Below the pieces are notes generated by a model. It was not told where the DNA came from and made no database searches. It saw only the letters and a list, made by a program, of their open reading frames with translations. Positions 63,308-64,000 of a stretch of DNA of 64,000 nucleotides are shown in pieces (position 1 is the stretch's first letter; each line of letters starts with the position of its first letter). The position numbers were made by a program, and so were the translations under genes. The DNA is from Octopus sinensis (Eukaryota), in assembly GCF_006345805.1 (NCBI RefSeq), contig NC_042997.1, forward strand, positions 189,596,001-189,660,000. The letters are read 5' to 3'.

Positions 63308-63660
63308 TATACTGAGTTATCGCGGGCATGTTGTTGTTATCCGCTGTATTTTGGTTATTATAAGGCGGCGAGCTGGCAGAATCGTTAGCACACCGGGCGA
63401 AATGCTTAGCCGTATTTCGTCTGCCGCTACGTTCTGAGTTCAAATGCCGCCGAGGTCGACTTTGCCTTTCATCCTTTCGGGGTCGATTAAATAAGTACCA
63501 GTTACGCACTAGGGTCGATATAATCGACTTAATCCGTTTGTCTGTCCTTGTTTGTTCTCTCTGTGTTTAGCCCCTTGTGGGTAGTAAAGAAATATGTATT
63601 TTGGTTATTATAACCAAGGTAAAGCGGGTAACAACAACATGCCCGCGAGAACTCAGTATA
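63308..63660. mobile_element. Hairpin MITE (38-bp arms) with a SINE A (63364-63594, +) in its loop
   Basis: tatactgagttatcgcgggcatgttgttgttatccgct / agcgggtaacaacaacatgcccgcgagaactcagtata; 19-bp TSD tgtattttggttattataa. Confidence 0.9.
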
Positions 63661-64000
63661 AAAATAGTGATAATAAATGAGTGGAAACTGAACCGTGAAT
63701 ATATTAGACATTAAGGCATTAAGGCAGTATGACTCTCCCCCAACACAACAATATTTGCTTCAACACACGAATTCACATAAAGAATCTTGCAGACCAGGTA
63801 TAAAAACGAAATATATATATATTATCGTTATATGTGTGCGTGTATATATTATTATTGTTATTGCTACTATTATTATTATTAGGCGGCGAGCTGGCAGAAA
63901 CGTTAGCACACCGGGTGAAATGCTTAGCGGTATTTCATCTGCGTTACGTTGTGAGTTCAAATTCCGCCGAGGTCGACTTTGCCTTTCATTCTTTCGGGGT

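Noticed and set aside
2299-63594. tRNA-like A/B boxes as tRNA genes
   Set aside because: They are SINE heads: no complete cloverleaf, and they are fused to SINE bodies with TSDs.

Overview
Repeat-saturated, AT-rich eukaryotic DNA. The SINE families and microsatellite load look like an octopus (coleoid cephalopod) genome; this is inferred from recognising the repeats, not from a search. I find no supportable host protein-coding gene, and almost all ORFs in the track are microsatellite or transposon artefacts. The window holds four tRNA-derived SINE families (about 40 copies, one forming head-to-tail multimers), LINE relics (R4/Dong, CR1, RTE), Penelope-like element (PLE) relics with RT and GIY-YIG fragments, DNA transposon relics (Tc3-like, mariner, hAT, pogo-like, probable Chapaev3), a decayed Helitron RepHel gene carrying nested insertions including a solo LTR, several long palindromes, and a 100-N gap. 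The most interesting signal is about a dozen hammerhead-ribozyme (HHR)-like motifs in small modules embedded in microsatellites. Two of them (31937-32070 + and 32505-32615 -) are unrelated in sequence but share one non-circularly permuted, multiply pseudoknotted hammerhead architecture with compensatory pairing in every stem. All structures were derived by manual base-pairing; no folding program or database search was run.
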